Source: the human T2T-CHM13v2.0 reference genome, Homo sapiens
Length of the DNA stretch: 64,000 nucleotides
Assembly: GCF_009914755.1 (NCBI RefSeq)
Contig: NC_060931.1
Strand: one strand, 5' to 3'
Made by a program: the position numbers and the translations under genes. The first letter of the stretch is position 1; each line of letters starts with the position of its first letter. Positions 29,323 through 45,362 of the stretch are shown here, one piece after another. The notes below the pieces were generated by a model. That model made no database searches, was not told the DNA's origin, and saw nothing but the letters and a program-made list of their open reading frames with translations.

Positions 29323-29942
29323 AAACAGAGGATAGGCAAAAGAGATTTAATATCTTTTAAAATTGGAGTCTTAGAAGAAGAAATGGAGGTATACAGATAT
29401 TCTACAATATGATTCAAGGTAATATTCCAAAATATAGAAGGTAACTTGAATCTATGCTTGATAAGGCATATAATGATCTAGGAAAAATAGAGATGTGTCA
29501 AAATGGAGAATGATTTCAGTAGACCTATTAGGTTTCCAAGGAAAAAAATCTTTAGGTGAGCCAGACTAAAAGGATCTACTAACTTATAATTAAACAAACA
29601 AACAAGCAAGTCGGGTTGTCTCAGATACAACACAACCTTCTAAATCGGTCAAAATATCCTCAGGGAAAAAGTCCTTATGGAAAGAAAGTGAGAAAATATT
29701 TTTTTAAAGCCAAGTCAAACTGCCATGCCAATGTGAAGTGGAGAAAGATGTGGTTAAAAACATGCAAATGTCCAGGGAATGTTGTTCCTATAAATATTAT
29801 CCCTGTGTCTTCTTGAAGACACTACTTGAGATTGTCAACAAATTAAGAGATAAATGGAAACAGTATGGTTAAAGACATGTAAATGTTATAAACTCTGACA
29901 ATATTAATATGATGTTACTAATAAGAATTAGCAGGTGTTCTA

Positions 29943-30286
<344 letters not shown>

Positions 30287-30970
30287 TTATCTATCTTTTC
30301 ATTCCCAGGAACCAAAAGACATCATTTTAAATAAATAAACCAAGTAGTAGAGGAATATGTATATTTAACAACACAAAACACATAATGAGAAGGCAAAAAC
30401 CAAACTGTTGTGACAGAGGAGATAGGTAAGGAGAAAGGGGGTACTTTCTCAATTAGTCATTGCTCAGAGTGGGGAATTATCAAAATCAGACCAACAAAAG
30501 TTTCCTGATATTATATTATTATGAAATAGAAGATTCAGACTATTACTGATATTATAAAAAGCCACAAAGTAACCATTAGGAGAAAAATACAGGCTTTCCA
30601 ATTATCAGAAGAAGCACATACTCTCAAACAAAACAAAGAGCCCAATAGTCTCAGATTTAAAAACAGAATTATAAAAGCAGAAAGTATGTCACAAAGGAGA
30701 GCTAAATCCTAACATAACTATCATACTGATAAATGCAAATTATATTTACATATACATGCTTTAAAAGAAAGAAATTGTTGTATAGGATCACCAAGCAAAA
30801 ATCAACTCTGTATGGTATATTTCAGACATTTTAACACAAAGTGATTTATAAAGTTGAAAATAAAATATGAAAAATGATAGTAAATGCAAACTAAGTATAA
30901 AATCAGAAATTCCTTACTGCTTGGAAATAAAAAAATTTTCTTAACTAACTCATGGTATAGAAGAAATTAA

Positions 30971-31359
<389 letters not shown>

Positions 31360-32239
31360 AGCATTAGGCATTCTACTAGTAAATAATGAAAGTCAATAAA
31401 TTAGTCATATAATTCAAGAAGTTAGATTGGGAATAATAGAGATAAAAATTTAAAATAAATTATAAAAGAGAAAAGTGACAGAATTAATTAAAAGTTCTCA
31501 GTACTGCTTGTTGAAAAGAAAATGAATCATTAGCTACCCTAATTAAGAAGACAAAAGGCACAAATAGGCAAAAATAAGCAAGGATGAGAAAATAACTATA
31601 GAATCAGAGAAAATTAAAAGGATCATGAAGAGCTAATTTACTCTAGCCTATGTTAATAAGTTTGGAAAAGCTAGATGAAATGAATAATTTTCCAGGAAAA
31701 TATAATTTATCAAAAGTAACTCTAAACAGATATAAAGAAATCTAAATAGCTCAGTTATCTTAGAAGAAATAGAGAAATTTATCTAAAAGCTACCGACTCC
31801 CCACAAAAACAAACAAGCAACGATAAAAGCAAACAAAGCAAGTTGAGACACTTCTACCAAACCTTGAAAAATTAAGTAATTTCAGTGCTTCAAACATAGA
31901 AAAGGAAGATAAGTCTATAAATTCTTTTGAAGATGAGAGCATAATTGATATCTACACCTAATAATTGCTTAAAAAAGATGAATCTTACTTGAGAATATTG
32001 ATGCCAAAGTACTACACAAAATATTTAGCAAGTAGGATCCAGTGGCATATTACAAAGAAAAGTAGACGATGACCAAGTAGACTTTTTTCCAAGAATGCAG
32101 GAAATAGTTCAACATTTGGAAATCTATCACGGAAATTTATTAGATCAATAATACTAACTGGTAAAAATGATATAACCCTCTGTACTATTTGTATAAGTTT
32201 CTGAGGATCTACAATTACTTCAAAGCAAAAAAAAATTAT

Positions 32240-32552
32240 TTCTTAATTTAATTTAATATTTTTAGACAGGGTCTCACTCTGTCACCCAGGGTGGAGTGCA
32301 GTGGTGCAATCACGGCTCACTGCAGCCTTGACCTCCTGGGCTCAGGGGATCCTTCCACCTCACCTCAGCCTCTGTAGTAGCTGGGATTACACGTGTGCAT
32401 CACCATGCTGTGCTAATTTTTTTTGTTTGTTTGTGTAGAGATAGAGTTTATCCATGTTACCTAGGCTCCTCTTGAACTCCTGGACTCAGGGGCTCTGCCC
32501 ACCTTGGCCTCTCAAAATTCTAGGATTACAGGTGTGAGCCATCACACCCAGC
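32240..32552 (-). mobile_element. AluJ
   Basis: CACTGCAGCCTTGACCTCCTGGGCTC J-type diagnostics. Confidence 0.88.
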
Positions 32553-33122
32553 TCAAAGGAAAAAATTTTAAAAAGTGACCACTTGTATCAGTGATATTAA
32601 AATAACTGATACAATTTTTACATCGCTTTCTGAAAAATAACCTTTAATAAACAAGGAAGAGTAGAATACGCCCTTCCTTCCGTCCTTCCTTCGTTCCTTA
32701 TTTCCTTCCTTCCTTCCTTTCCTTTTCTTTTGTCATCAGCAGTGTTTTTATTTGTTTGTGTTTTGACTTACAAAAAGCTATACATACTTAATGTAGACAA
32801 CTTGACAAGTTTGGAGGTAAGCATACACCTATGAAAGAATCAATACAATCTATGCCATGAATATATCCATTACCTCCAAATGTTTCCTCCTCCCCCTCTC
32901 TGTTATTATTATTATTGTATGTGTATAATAAGAACACAACAAAATACCCTCTTAGCAATTTTGAATATATAATAAAATATTATTAATATTATTAACTATA
33001 TGGGCACTATGTTGTACTGTAGATCTCTAGGATTTATTTATCTTGCCTAACTGAAACTTTGTACCCTTTGACTAATACCTCCTTGTTTCCCCCTTTCCCC
33101 AGCGCCTGACAACCACCCTTCT

Positions 33123-33592
33123 TTTTTTTTTTTTTTTTGACATACAGAACGGTACATTGTTTATTGAACTCAAATTTCTAAACAGTACAAAAAAGCCCAC
33201 CAAGTATATGTTACCATGCAACCCATTTAAAGTCATATTACCTTAGATTTCACTTTAAAGCCATAGCACATTTTATAATTAAAATTTTATGTATGTATCT
33301 GGAGTGAAGAAAAGGGGTTCCTAATCCAACATTTTCTAGAGCAGAATTAACAAAAAGCCTCAAGTCTAGACACAAGTAAAAATTAAAAGCGATTTTTAAA
33401 AGTATTTGTGAAATTAGGACTTTCTTATGTCAAATTTGAAATGCATCCTATTGTTGTAAAGAATTATTCCACGATTTAAACTGCATTAATGTCTAAAAAG
33501 TAAGCTTAGTAAACTCTACAAACTAAAACTATAAAAATATTTTATAATGCTGTAAATATTCTGTTCATACACTGTAAGTGATTACACAACTA
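33123..33592 (-). other. L1 3'-transduced unique sequence plus poly(A)
   Basis: Lies between the L1 tail (~33593) and a terminal poly(A) (33122-33138). AATAAA at 33165-33160, 21 nt before the poly(A). Inside the TSD pair. Confidence 0.85.
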
Positions 33593-35963
<2,371 letters not shown>

Positions 35964-35998
35964 GACAACTACCCCTCTATACTCTGCTTCTATTTTCG

Positions 35999-36326
35999 AC
36001 TCATCATGTGTTGCTTAACAATGGAAATACATTCTGGGAAATGCTGTCATTAGGCGATTTTATCATTGTGTAAATGTCATAGAGTGTACAGTACTTACTT
36101 AAATCTGTAAGTATTTAATAGGCTACGTGGTATGGCCTATTGCTCCTAGGCTACAAACCTATACCACATGTTACTGTACTAAATCTTGTAGGCAGTTGCA
36201 ACACAATGGCAAGTATTTGTGCATCTAAACATAGAGTATAGTAAACGTGGTGTTATAATCTTATGGGACCACCATCATATATGTGATCCATTGTTGACCA
36301 AATTATCATTGTGCAGTGTATGACTG
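35999..36326. mobile_element. Tigger3a/MER7A-like
   Basis: GGCCTATTGCTCCTAGGCTACAAACCT...TTATAATCTTATGGGACCACC...TGACTG then TA. Confidence 0.8.
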
Positions 36327-36737
36327 TAAGGGATATCATGAAGTATTTGTTTTTTTTGCATCTGGCTTAGTTTATTTAGCATGGTGTCTTTCAGATTCAT
36401 CCATGTTCTTACAGATGGCAGGATTTCCTTCTTTATAAGGTTGACTAACATTCCACTGTGTGTATATACCACATAATCTTTATTTCTTTCTCTGTTTATG
36501 GACATTTAGGTTGCTTTCATGTCTTGGCTATTGTGAATAATGCTGCAATGAACATGGGAGTGAAGACATATCTTCAAAATTCCAATTTTAATACCTTTTG
36601 ATATATACTCAGAAGTGGAATTGCTGGATCTGGTGGATTCTTTCTTAACATGATAAGATCTACTTATATCTTAACTCAAAATCCTGAATCCTACTTAATG
36701 GAGAAACAATGGAATCCTTCCTTCAAAATCAGCTTCC

Positions 36738-36801
36738 TGATTATTGACAGTAAATACTATTGACAGTAAATACTATTGACAGTATTTACTGTCAATAATC
36801 A
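36738..36801. repeat. 21-bp perfect inverted repeat overlapping 16-bp tandem repeats
   Basis: TGATTATTGACAGTAAATACT ... AGTATTTACTGTCAATAATCA. Confidence 0.95.
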
Positions 36802-36856
36802 CTTCTATTATTTTGTCAAATAAGTATATTGTCAAAAAATGAAACAAGAGGTAGAT

Positions 36857-37231
36857 TGTTATAGGCTGAAATGTGTCCTCCAGAAATTCATGTTGAATTC
36901 CTAACTCCCTGTACATCAGAATGTGACTGCCTTTGAAGATAGGTTTAGTAAATGGGCTAATTCAGTTTTAAAATGAGGTCATCAGGATGAGCCCTAATCT
37001 AATATAACTTTTGTCCTCATAAAAAGAGATTAGGACACAGAGAATCACAGAGGTAAGACCAGGTGAAGACAGCTCTCTACAAGCCAAAGAAAGAGGCCTC
37101 AGAAGAAACCAACCCTGCTGACACCTTGACCTTAAACTTCTAGCCTCCAGAATTGTGAAACAATAAATTTCCATTGCTTAAGCCACACAGCCTTTGGTAC
37201 TTTGTTATGGCAGTCTTAGTGAACTAATAGA
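36857..37231 (+). mobile_element. MLT1A/B solo LTR
   Basis: TGTTATAGGCTGAA...CTAATA; 5-bp TSD TAGAT. Confidence 0.85.
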
Positions 37232-37475
37232 TAGATGTATAAATATTGGAAAAGAATAGGTAAACTTTATTATGTACAGATGACATAATTGTATACCCAA
37301 GCATCCACCGCAAAAAGGGAAGAAATAGCACTTTCGAAGACATAGTAAAAGAAAAGAAGCTGTTTTCTGAAGCAAAAATAAATAAAAGAAAATAAAAATT
37401 TCTTGTTTTTTTTTTGTCTGTCTTAACTGCAGACAACATAACCCAATTGTGCTAGTTTAAAGAGAAAATACATGA

Positions 37476-37831
37476 TGTATTAGTGTGTTGAGCTGCTTTA
37501 ACTATATACCATAGACTGAGTGGCTTGTAAACAGCAGACATTTATTCCTCACAGTTCTGGAGGCATGCACATCCAAAATCAAGGTGCTGGCTGATTCAGT
37601 GTGTGCTGAGGGCCCACGTCTTGGTTCATAGACTGCTGCCTTCTTGCAGTGTACTCACATGGTAAAAGGGGCAATCTAGCTCTCTGGGGCTTTACACAGG
37701 CACTAATCCCATTCTTGAGGGCTCTACTTTCTTGACCTAATCCCCTCCCAAAGCTACCACCTCCAAGTGCCATCACATTGGGATTAGGTTTCAACATCAA
37801 GATTTGGAGGGGACACATTCAGTCAATTGCA
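37476..37831 (-). mobile_element. MLT1A0/MST-like solo LTR
   Basis: TGTATTAG...TACCATAGACTGAGTGGCTT...CATTCAGTCAATTGCA; TSD CATGA/CATGG. Confidence 0.8.
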
Positions 37832-38099
37832 CATGGTATTAAGTAGCTTACAGAATGTCCACAAGGGAAAGGGAACTGGTATTGGAAGCAACACATCATG
37901 AAGTAATACAACAAGGCAAAATGCACAAACACACCAAGAGACCTGGTGCCAGTGGAGACCCCACTGTGGCCACTGAGCACATTACACATCCACATACAGA
38001 ATCTAAGAGCACATCCACATACGAAAACCGGGAAGAATATGAGTAGCGAATTGAGTCTTCTTTCTGCAAATGGTCATAAGGGAAAAGTTTGTATAACTT

Positions 38100-40610
38100 C
38101 TTGCCTGTCCTTTCCACATTCCCTTTATATTGTACAAATCTTTAAAAATTCAGGTAAACCAAACCTCCATTCCTGTTCATTTGAGCCCTTGGAGTCCTGC
38201 AATGTATGGAATTACTGGAGTCTTCTGTTAGTTTTAACCACTACACATGATGGTATTAGGAGGCACCCTAGAGAATCTCCATGTTCTAGAATATTCATCT
38301 CAGTTCCCATTATGTAGCTGGAAACCCGCTTCTTCATATTTGGGATCAATCACGTCAGCTAAATGCCACAGTAAGCATGTATTTTACCGGATTTTCCAAT
38401 GTCATAGGAGAACTAAATGGCCAGTTGCATTCTTAACTTCCATTTGATGGAACCATTGTTGTATTGCCTGGTGGAAGCATTAGTCTCTTGGGTACTAAGA
38501 CTGCTGAACCAACACAGCTCAAAGTTGTGATAATAGGAAGGAAAATTTTTCATATTGTGTCATATCATTTTGTGCCATATTAAAAAGAGACGCTTCAACT
38601 TCTATCCCTAGGTTTTCAGACTCCTCCTATAGTTCAGTGATAAAAGAAGCAGCATCACATATCGGCTGCTGGTTCAGAGTATATTCTGTACCTATTGGCT
38701 AGTATCCCAAACTCACAGGCTTTTTAAAAACTTAGTTGAGGCTACATCTTAGATTCCCATAGGTAATTCTACCCTTCTATAATGTCGATCTTTGGATGAT
38801 GGATTACATAGTGAGATTAGTGAATCCCATGGGCATCAGCCTATTGCATTTACTTCTTTTGCCTAAAATGTGATCCTTGGTTAGAAGCCATGTATCATTA
38901 TGATGAATAAGGATTTTGTTAAGTCCATGGATGGTATTGCTAAAGGAATTGCAGGCAACAGAGTATAACAAAAATAGGTTTCTATTTGAATGTGATGTGT
39001 CACTGCCCATTACATAATGAAAGGGATCCAATTCTGTTGATCTGCCACCAGGTGCAATCTGGTTCCCCTGGGCTATGGGGCTATATTTGGGAATTAGTGT
39101 TGGTCTCCCCTGCTGGTTGACTTGAAGTTAGGTTAGACTTGGTGAGGGGAAGTACATGTTGTGAAACTCACATGGAATCTCCTTCCCTGCCTCCTCTTGT
39201 CATCTCTTCATTAGCCCATTGTGATCAATGGTGTATCTGGAGAAAGAGGCTGACTGACATTCATAGAGCATGTCTTCTTGCTCACTTTCTTATCTAGAAT
39301 CTCTTTTATAGACACCTCCTGAGGAGTGTTCTCTAGGATGCAAATATACTCATACTCTTCTAGCATTCTGAGAGGCACCTGCACAAACCTCTTCTCCAAA
39401 CCTTGTTATTAATCTTCAAATCTTGTTCCTCCTGAACCTTTGATTGCTTACCAAATCACCAGCATCAACACAGGAGCATAAATATCTGGCCACCTGTCCT
39501 TTCAGGGAAAGGGCTTAAAGAGATATACTGCTTGGAGGTGTGAGTACTGTGAGGATTCCTGAGTCATTAGGGATAGCCCTGAGATGAGAGTAATTCTTCA
39601 GTAGTCCACTGGGGCCAGCACATAGTGCAGTGCTTAACTGTTTTTGGCCTTAGTAAGGGGGTTGCAGGATGATCCCTATGGAGCTGTAGATATGGGAGAA
39701 GAGTGAAGAGGCCGTGTGGCAGGAGTAGGCACATTGGGAGTGCTCACCAGCTGCTCAGGCAATGTACTTGTGCTTTCAGGATCTCCTCAAACTCAGTCTC
39801 ATATAGACCACTTCCTCTTGAGGGTAGAATGCTGCTGGGCACACCCAGCCTAATGGTGTGTGAATCTAAATAAATTAGACAGTCACTTGCTGTCCACAGT
39901 AAGAAGTTCAGTCTACCAGGGCTACCAACCATGTCTTAACCCCAAAATACAAAAATGGAGTTCTATTATTTAACCTTCCAGTGTAGTTAGATGCAGCCAG
40001 CCCACTCCATGATCCTTGTATACCTAGTGCCACATCAAAGTAGTCTATCACAGATGCCACTTACTCTCCCAAAGATGATCCTTGACATAACTATTTTACC
40101 ACTTTGAGTTATGGAATATGATGTCCCACCCATTAATGCTAACTCTTTAACCCAGACTGAGTCAGAGAGCTGATTCTAAATTCCAATTGCCTTTATGGTC
40201 TGTTGCCTGCAAACTTTTTTGGAGGGGGTTCTAATTATTGCAGGAAACAGGATATCAGGTAGAATAATCATAAAGAATTTTTTTTTACAGAATTTCGGCA
40301 AGAATCAGGGAAACTATTTTGGTTACTTCACAGGCAGGATTGATGCAGATTAATCCACTGTTTGTTTAGTGGAAACCTCGAAGCTGCCACCTCCTCCTCA
40401 GTACTTGTGATAGTGGCACCTCTGCTGCAGATGCCCATGGAAATTCCATCTCCCTGAGTCTAGATGTCATCTCACACTGCTCACTTCTGCCTTCTAAGTC
40501 TTGTGTGAACATTTCTGTTTGGTGGAAGGACCTCCAGCTTTATCTCCTCTGTGGTGGAGGAGGATGTGTGAGAAGTGGTGGAAGTAGGTGTCAAATTGCA
40601 GTAACTGCCA
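38100..40610 (-). mobile_element. Degenerate ERVL/MaLR internal region plus a probable old MLT1 LTR
   Basis: CCATTGTTGTATTGCCTGGTGGAAGCATT and TTAGCCCATTGTGATCAATGG motifs resemble MLT/ERVL internal sequence. Confidence 0.55.
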
Positions 40611-40614
40611 CACC

Positions 40615-42250
40615 AAGAAATAAATATGTGCCTTTATTATAAATACTTATATGAAGAAAATGCAAATGCTCAGCAGTGAACTAAAAGAAGATGCAAACAT
40701 AGAAAAAGATATACTGTAAACTCAGATAGGAATAGTCACTATCATGGAGATGTAAATTATCTTTAAAGTATACATGTAATGTGATCACAGTAAATACTTT
40801 AAAAACTGTTATAGCTAGGGAAGATGATCCTGAATTTCAAGTGGGAAAAAATAAGCAAGAATAGTAATAAAATTTTTCAGTAAAAAGCAGGTACTGAAGT
40901 TGATTTATCCTTACCAAACCCTAAAACATATACTAAGGCTATAACAACTAACTAATTAATTAAAATAGCCTGGTAATGTCAACATGAATAGAACCAAATA
41001 AATGTCTAGAAATAGGACCAAGCATATGTAAATATATATATGTATATATTTATATATAAATATAAGTTACATTTAAGTTCTAGAAGAAACTGTGAGAAGT
41101 AGAAATGGTCCTTTCAATTAGGACATAAAACCCAGAAATTGTGATATAAAAGATTCATAAATGTAGTGCCTAAAAATCAACATTTCTGTATAGCAAAAAT
41201 ATCATAAGCAAAGTCAAAAGTCGTACAGCAAACTGGGAAAATTATTTGCAACTTATTGAAAAAAACAAAGGGCAAATTTTCTTAAAATAGAAAATATATA
41301 CTAAATAAGAAAAAAAGCTGCCAGTAATTCAATAGAAGAGAGGGTGAAGAATTGAACTGAGAGTTTACAGGTGGGCAAACATGAAAGGCTTTTAAAAAGA
41401 TAGTCATCATCATTCATGGTAATAAAATATAAACTAACACTCCATTGAAGTTGTCTTTTTCTCCTATCATATTGGCAAAACCAAAAGAGTTTGGCAGCAC
41501 ACATTATTGACAGGTGTGGGGAAACATCCCTTTGATATGGGTGTAAGGGAGACAAATAGGAATGAATTCTCTAGAGTATAATATGGCAATAATTTTTCAA
41601 AATAACCATCCTTGGGTTGGAGGAGTGAGAGAAGCAGAAAAGATAACTATTGGGTACTGGGCTTAATACCTGGGTGATGAAATAATGTGTACAGCAAACC
41701 GCCCCCCTGTGATACGTGTTTACATATGTAACCTTCACATGTACCCTGAACCTAAAAGAAATGTTAAAAAAACCCCAAAATAACCACTCCTCCATTTGTA
41801 GGAATTTATCTCATATATATATCCACACATAGGCTATCTATTGAAGAATTTTAATAAGAATTTGCAGTAACATAAGGTTGGAGACATAACTTTCTGTTAA
41901 TAGTCTACTTCAATAATTTGTAGCCCATTCTTACAATGGAAAACAATGCAACTGTAGGAAAAGATGGCAGACCTACTTTGTGTCCTAATATTGAACAATT
42001 TCCAAGATTATTAAGTAAAAAGTAACATGCATGACATTGTATGTAGTATGTTGCTATGCTTCCATGTATGGAAAGGAAGTGGGGGGAGTAGAGAAATAGA
42101 AAATAATACTTCTTGAATGAGAAACAAGAAACTGATGATATTATTGGCCTCTGAGGAAGAAGAGAGAGGGGTGAGAGATTGTCACTCTACTGTATGTTTT
42201 GAATTTTGAATCACGTAACTACATTATCTATTAAATTCACTTTAAAACTA
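40615..42250 (+). mobile_element. L1ME-like ORF2 3' part
   Basis: ACATATACTAAGGCTATA, AAACTGGGAAAATTATTTGCAAC, CCTATCATATTGGCAAAA. Confidence 0.65.
41612..41775 (+). mobile_element. Short L1PA (PA13-like) 3' end
   Basis: GCAGAAAAGATAACTATTGGGTACTGGGCTTAATACCTGGGTGATG; approximate TSD AAAATAACCA. Confidence 0.8.
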
Positions 42251-42830
42251 TAAAAATATAGTTTTCTATATTTGTAAAAAGTATACAATTTTGTATATTT
42301 GTGTGTGTGTGTATGTGTGTGTTTATTTTGTCTCAAATTACCCACCTATGAAAGTGACAACTGGAAATTTAGAAATACAGGGATTCTTAAAATAAGATAG
42401 TCATATGATATTTAACCTTTAAAAATGTCTTCTTTAATACTTCAGGAAGGAAAAATGTTAGATGTGTCAAAAATATAAGAACATTGCAAAATCAAAACAA
42501 AAGAATCTGTCTAAACCCAGACAGTATTTTTCACACCATTTTTGAGATCACTTCAATTTGACAGGCTGGTGCACAGCAAGATGAACTGAGATGCAAAACC
42601 TCAACTATGCCAAGGATATTAGTCCATTTCATTTCAGAGTACACCACCTCTGTACTTATAAATGACTTCTTTTGACATGCTTCTTTTGTATGACATCAGT
42701 GTTAAAACTTCTTACTGTATTCTTTCACCTTTTACATTCTATTTCAAATACATTCATTGTTTTTTTGTTTTGTTTTGTTTTGAATGTTCAGAAACTTATA
42801 TGTAGTTGGATACAACTAAGGGTATGAATC

Positions 42831-43401
42831 TGTTACTGGAAAGCGCTTCCAATCCAGATCCCAAGAGAGGGTTCTTGGATCTTGCTCAAGAAAGAACTCG
42901 AGGGGAGTCCATAGAGTAAAGTGAAAGCAAGTTTAAGAAAGTAAAGGAATGAAAGAATGGCTAGTTCATAGGCAAAGCATCCCTGAGGCCTGCTGATGGC
43001 CCATTTTTATGGACAACAAGAGGTGGATTACTCATGAGTTTCCCAGGAAAGGAGTGGGCAATTCCCTGGAACTGAGGGTCTCCCCTCTGGCTTATAAGCC
43101 ATACAAGGTAACTTCCTGATATTGCCATGACATTTGTAAACTTCCGTGGCGCTGGTGTGAGTGTCTCTTAGCATGCTGATGTATTACGTGGCCATCTTGG
43201 TTTTGGTGGGTTTGGGCCTGCTTCTTTATGCAACCTGTTTTATCAGTGAGGTCTTTATTATCTGTATCTTGTGTCAACCTCCTATCTCATCCTATGACAT
43301 AGAATGTCTAACCTCCTGGGAATGCAGCCCAGTAGGTTTCAGCCTTATTTTACCCAGCCCCTATTCAAGATGGAATTGCCCTGGTTCAAACACCTCTGAC
43401 A
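42831..43401 (-). mobile_element. MER41 (MER41B-like) solo LTR
   Basis: Reverse complement TGTCAGAGGTGTTTGAACCAG..CCATCTTGAATAGGGGCTGGGTAAAATAAGGCTGA; other end CCAGTAACA. Confidence 0.9.
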
Positions 43402-43469
43402 GATGGATTCATTCCTTTTCTGCTGTAGAAATAAAATCTTTTCAAATAATCAAGTAGAATCTATCCTAC

Positions 43470-43496
43470 CTTGTGGTGAATATAAAATTTGAATTT
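43470..43496 (-). other. Candidate 27-nt microexon
   Basis: attttttttctcag|AAATTCAAATTTTATATTCACCACAAG|gtagga; open in all frames. Confidence 0.25.
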
Positions 43497-44087
43497 CTGA
43501 GAAAAAAAATGGACTCATATGTATAGAAATATACTGTATATAGAAATTGTATCTATTTTAAGCAACCAGTATGTAGTTATCATTTTACCTTCCTCGATAA
43601 CTATCTTATAACAGAGGCATTGCTCTGTAAATACATTCGTTCACTCATTCACTCTGCAAATACTTAGTGAACCCTTACTTTGTGCTAAGGCCACCTGCTG
43701 AGCCCAGTTTCAAGTTTCAGTAAAACCTTCATGCCTACTTTATTCATTTTACAATTTCTGAAAGAAGCTCATAACTCTATGCTAAGTGTGTTTTAATGAA
43801 GAAAAAATACTGAATTATTTCAATAAATTCCAAAAAAGCAGCTAAATAGCATCACAAAGGAATGATTTCTCATATAAGTCAGATGGAGAATAAATCAGTT
43901 AGACTAAATTTCTTTTAAAGTCAGCCATCCAATTTCATAAGGATACAATCTAAAATATATAATATTTTCAAAAGTTTCGATTCCACTAAACTGTTTTTTA
44001 TTGAGGATGTTCTAAAAAAGTAGAGACTTTGTTCTTTCATTATTGTATTGTGAGAGCCTAGAATAGTGTCTGGAATACGGTAAGTCA

Positions 44088-44485
44088 TGTTAAAAGAAAA
44101 CCTTCAGCTGAATTAAATTTAAAGGGGTTTAATTGAGCAATGAATGATTCTCAAATTGAGCAGACCCCAGAATCACAGCAGATTCAGAGACTCCAGCGCA
44201 GCCACGTGGTGGAAGAAGATTTACGGACAGCCAAAGAAAAGTGATGTACAGAAAACGGAAGTGAGGTACAGAAGCAACTGGATTGTTTACGGCTCTGTGT
44301 TTGCCTTATTTGAACATGGTTTGAACAGTTGGCTACATTTGATTGGCCAAAACTCAGTGATTGGCACAGGTGTGGGCTGTGGTTGATTTACACCTTCACT
44401 TGTTATAGTTCACAATGTACAGAAAAACCTTCAGGCCGAACTTAAACATGTAAGGAGGCAGCTTTAGGCTAAACTTGATTTAACA
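44088..44485 (-). mobile_element. MER57 solo LTR
   Basis: TGTTAAAAGAAAACCTTCAGCTGAATTAAATTTAAAG...TTTAGGCTAAACTTGATTTAACA. Confidence 0.85.
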
Positions 44486-45102
44486 GTAATGAATTGTTTT
44501 TTCAGTAAATGAGTGAAGGAATAGATGTCTGTTCCATTTGTGCTAGGTCTGGGGATTCAAATGTAAATAGTACACAGTTCCTTCTCTCAAAGATATCAGT
44601 GTTACATACTAATGTGGTGCAGTGTGGTAATTGCTATAGGAATAAACTTGAAGAAACAAATAATTTTACTCAAAAGGAAGGTGAGGTTACAAAGAATGAG
44701 ATATTTGAACTGAGTCATGAGAAACAAAAGTCTTCTCTTTGGACAGGCAGGGGAGCATACATTTTGGAAACCTGAGTAAAGTCATCAAGATATAAAAGCT
44801 TGTAGTTAAATTGGAAAATAGTAAATAATCAGGTCTGGCAAGTAGAAAAGTTGTGGTCATAACTGTGGAGTGATTGGAGACAAACAGATTTAGTACATAC
44901 AAAGAGAGCCGGGTTTTAGTTTTCACCTGAGAGGCACTGGAATTTATTCTGTAGGCAAAAGAGTTAGGAGAACATACACAAAATTATGTATAACAGATTC
45001 TGTCAGATCTTATACTTAATGTGAGGGAAACCTTTTTGTGTTGTTATTGCTAAATCTATTCAGCTCTTTTAAATATAGTTACCCTAAACTGATTGTGCTA
45101 AC

Positions 45103-45163
45103 CTGTTGATTGGACTTGGTAATCAATAGGAATGAAAGCCTCATTTGTCTCAATTGAAAAAGC
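45103..45163 (-). other. Candidate 61-nt exon
   Basis: ctgtcactcttcag|AFSIETNEAFIPIDYQVQST|gttagc. Confidence 0.25.
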
Positions 45164-45362
45164 CTGAAGAGTGACAGCTAACATTTGGGCAAAGAGACAA
45201 CACCTGGTTCTGACAAGATGGAGCGATCTTAAAATAAATTGTTTCACAGTGTGATCGCCTCCTATACCAATTCTATTTGTTCTTATTAGTGAAACGTGAT
45301 CAGGACATTTATTGTCAAAGACTTCACCAGTGTGTAAACAGATCCACCTCACATACACTGGT

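Noticed and set aside
33123-33592. Independent processed pseudogene
   Set aside because: No TSD of its own at the L1-proximal end; the TSD pair encloses the L1 as well.
36738-36801. CRISPR-like repeats
   Set aside because: No spacers; eukaryotic context; simple tandem and inverted repeat.
42655-43422. Minus-strand terminal exon reconstructed across MER41
   Set aside because: Needs three stop reversions, a frameshift and a 47-nt intron; no better than chance.
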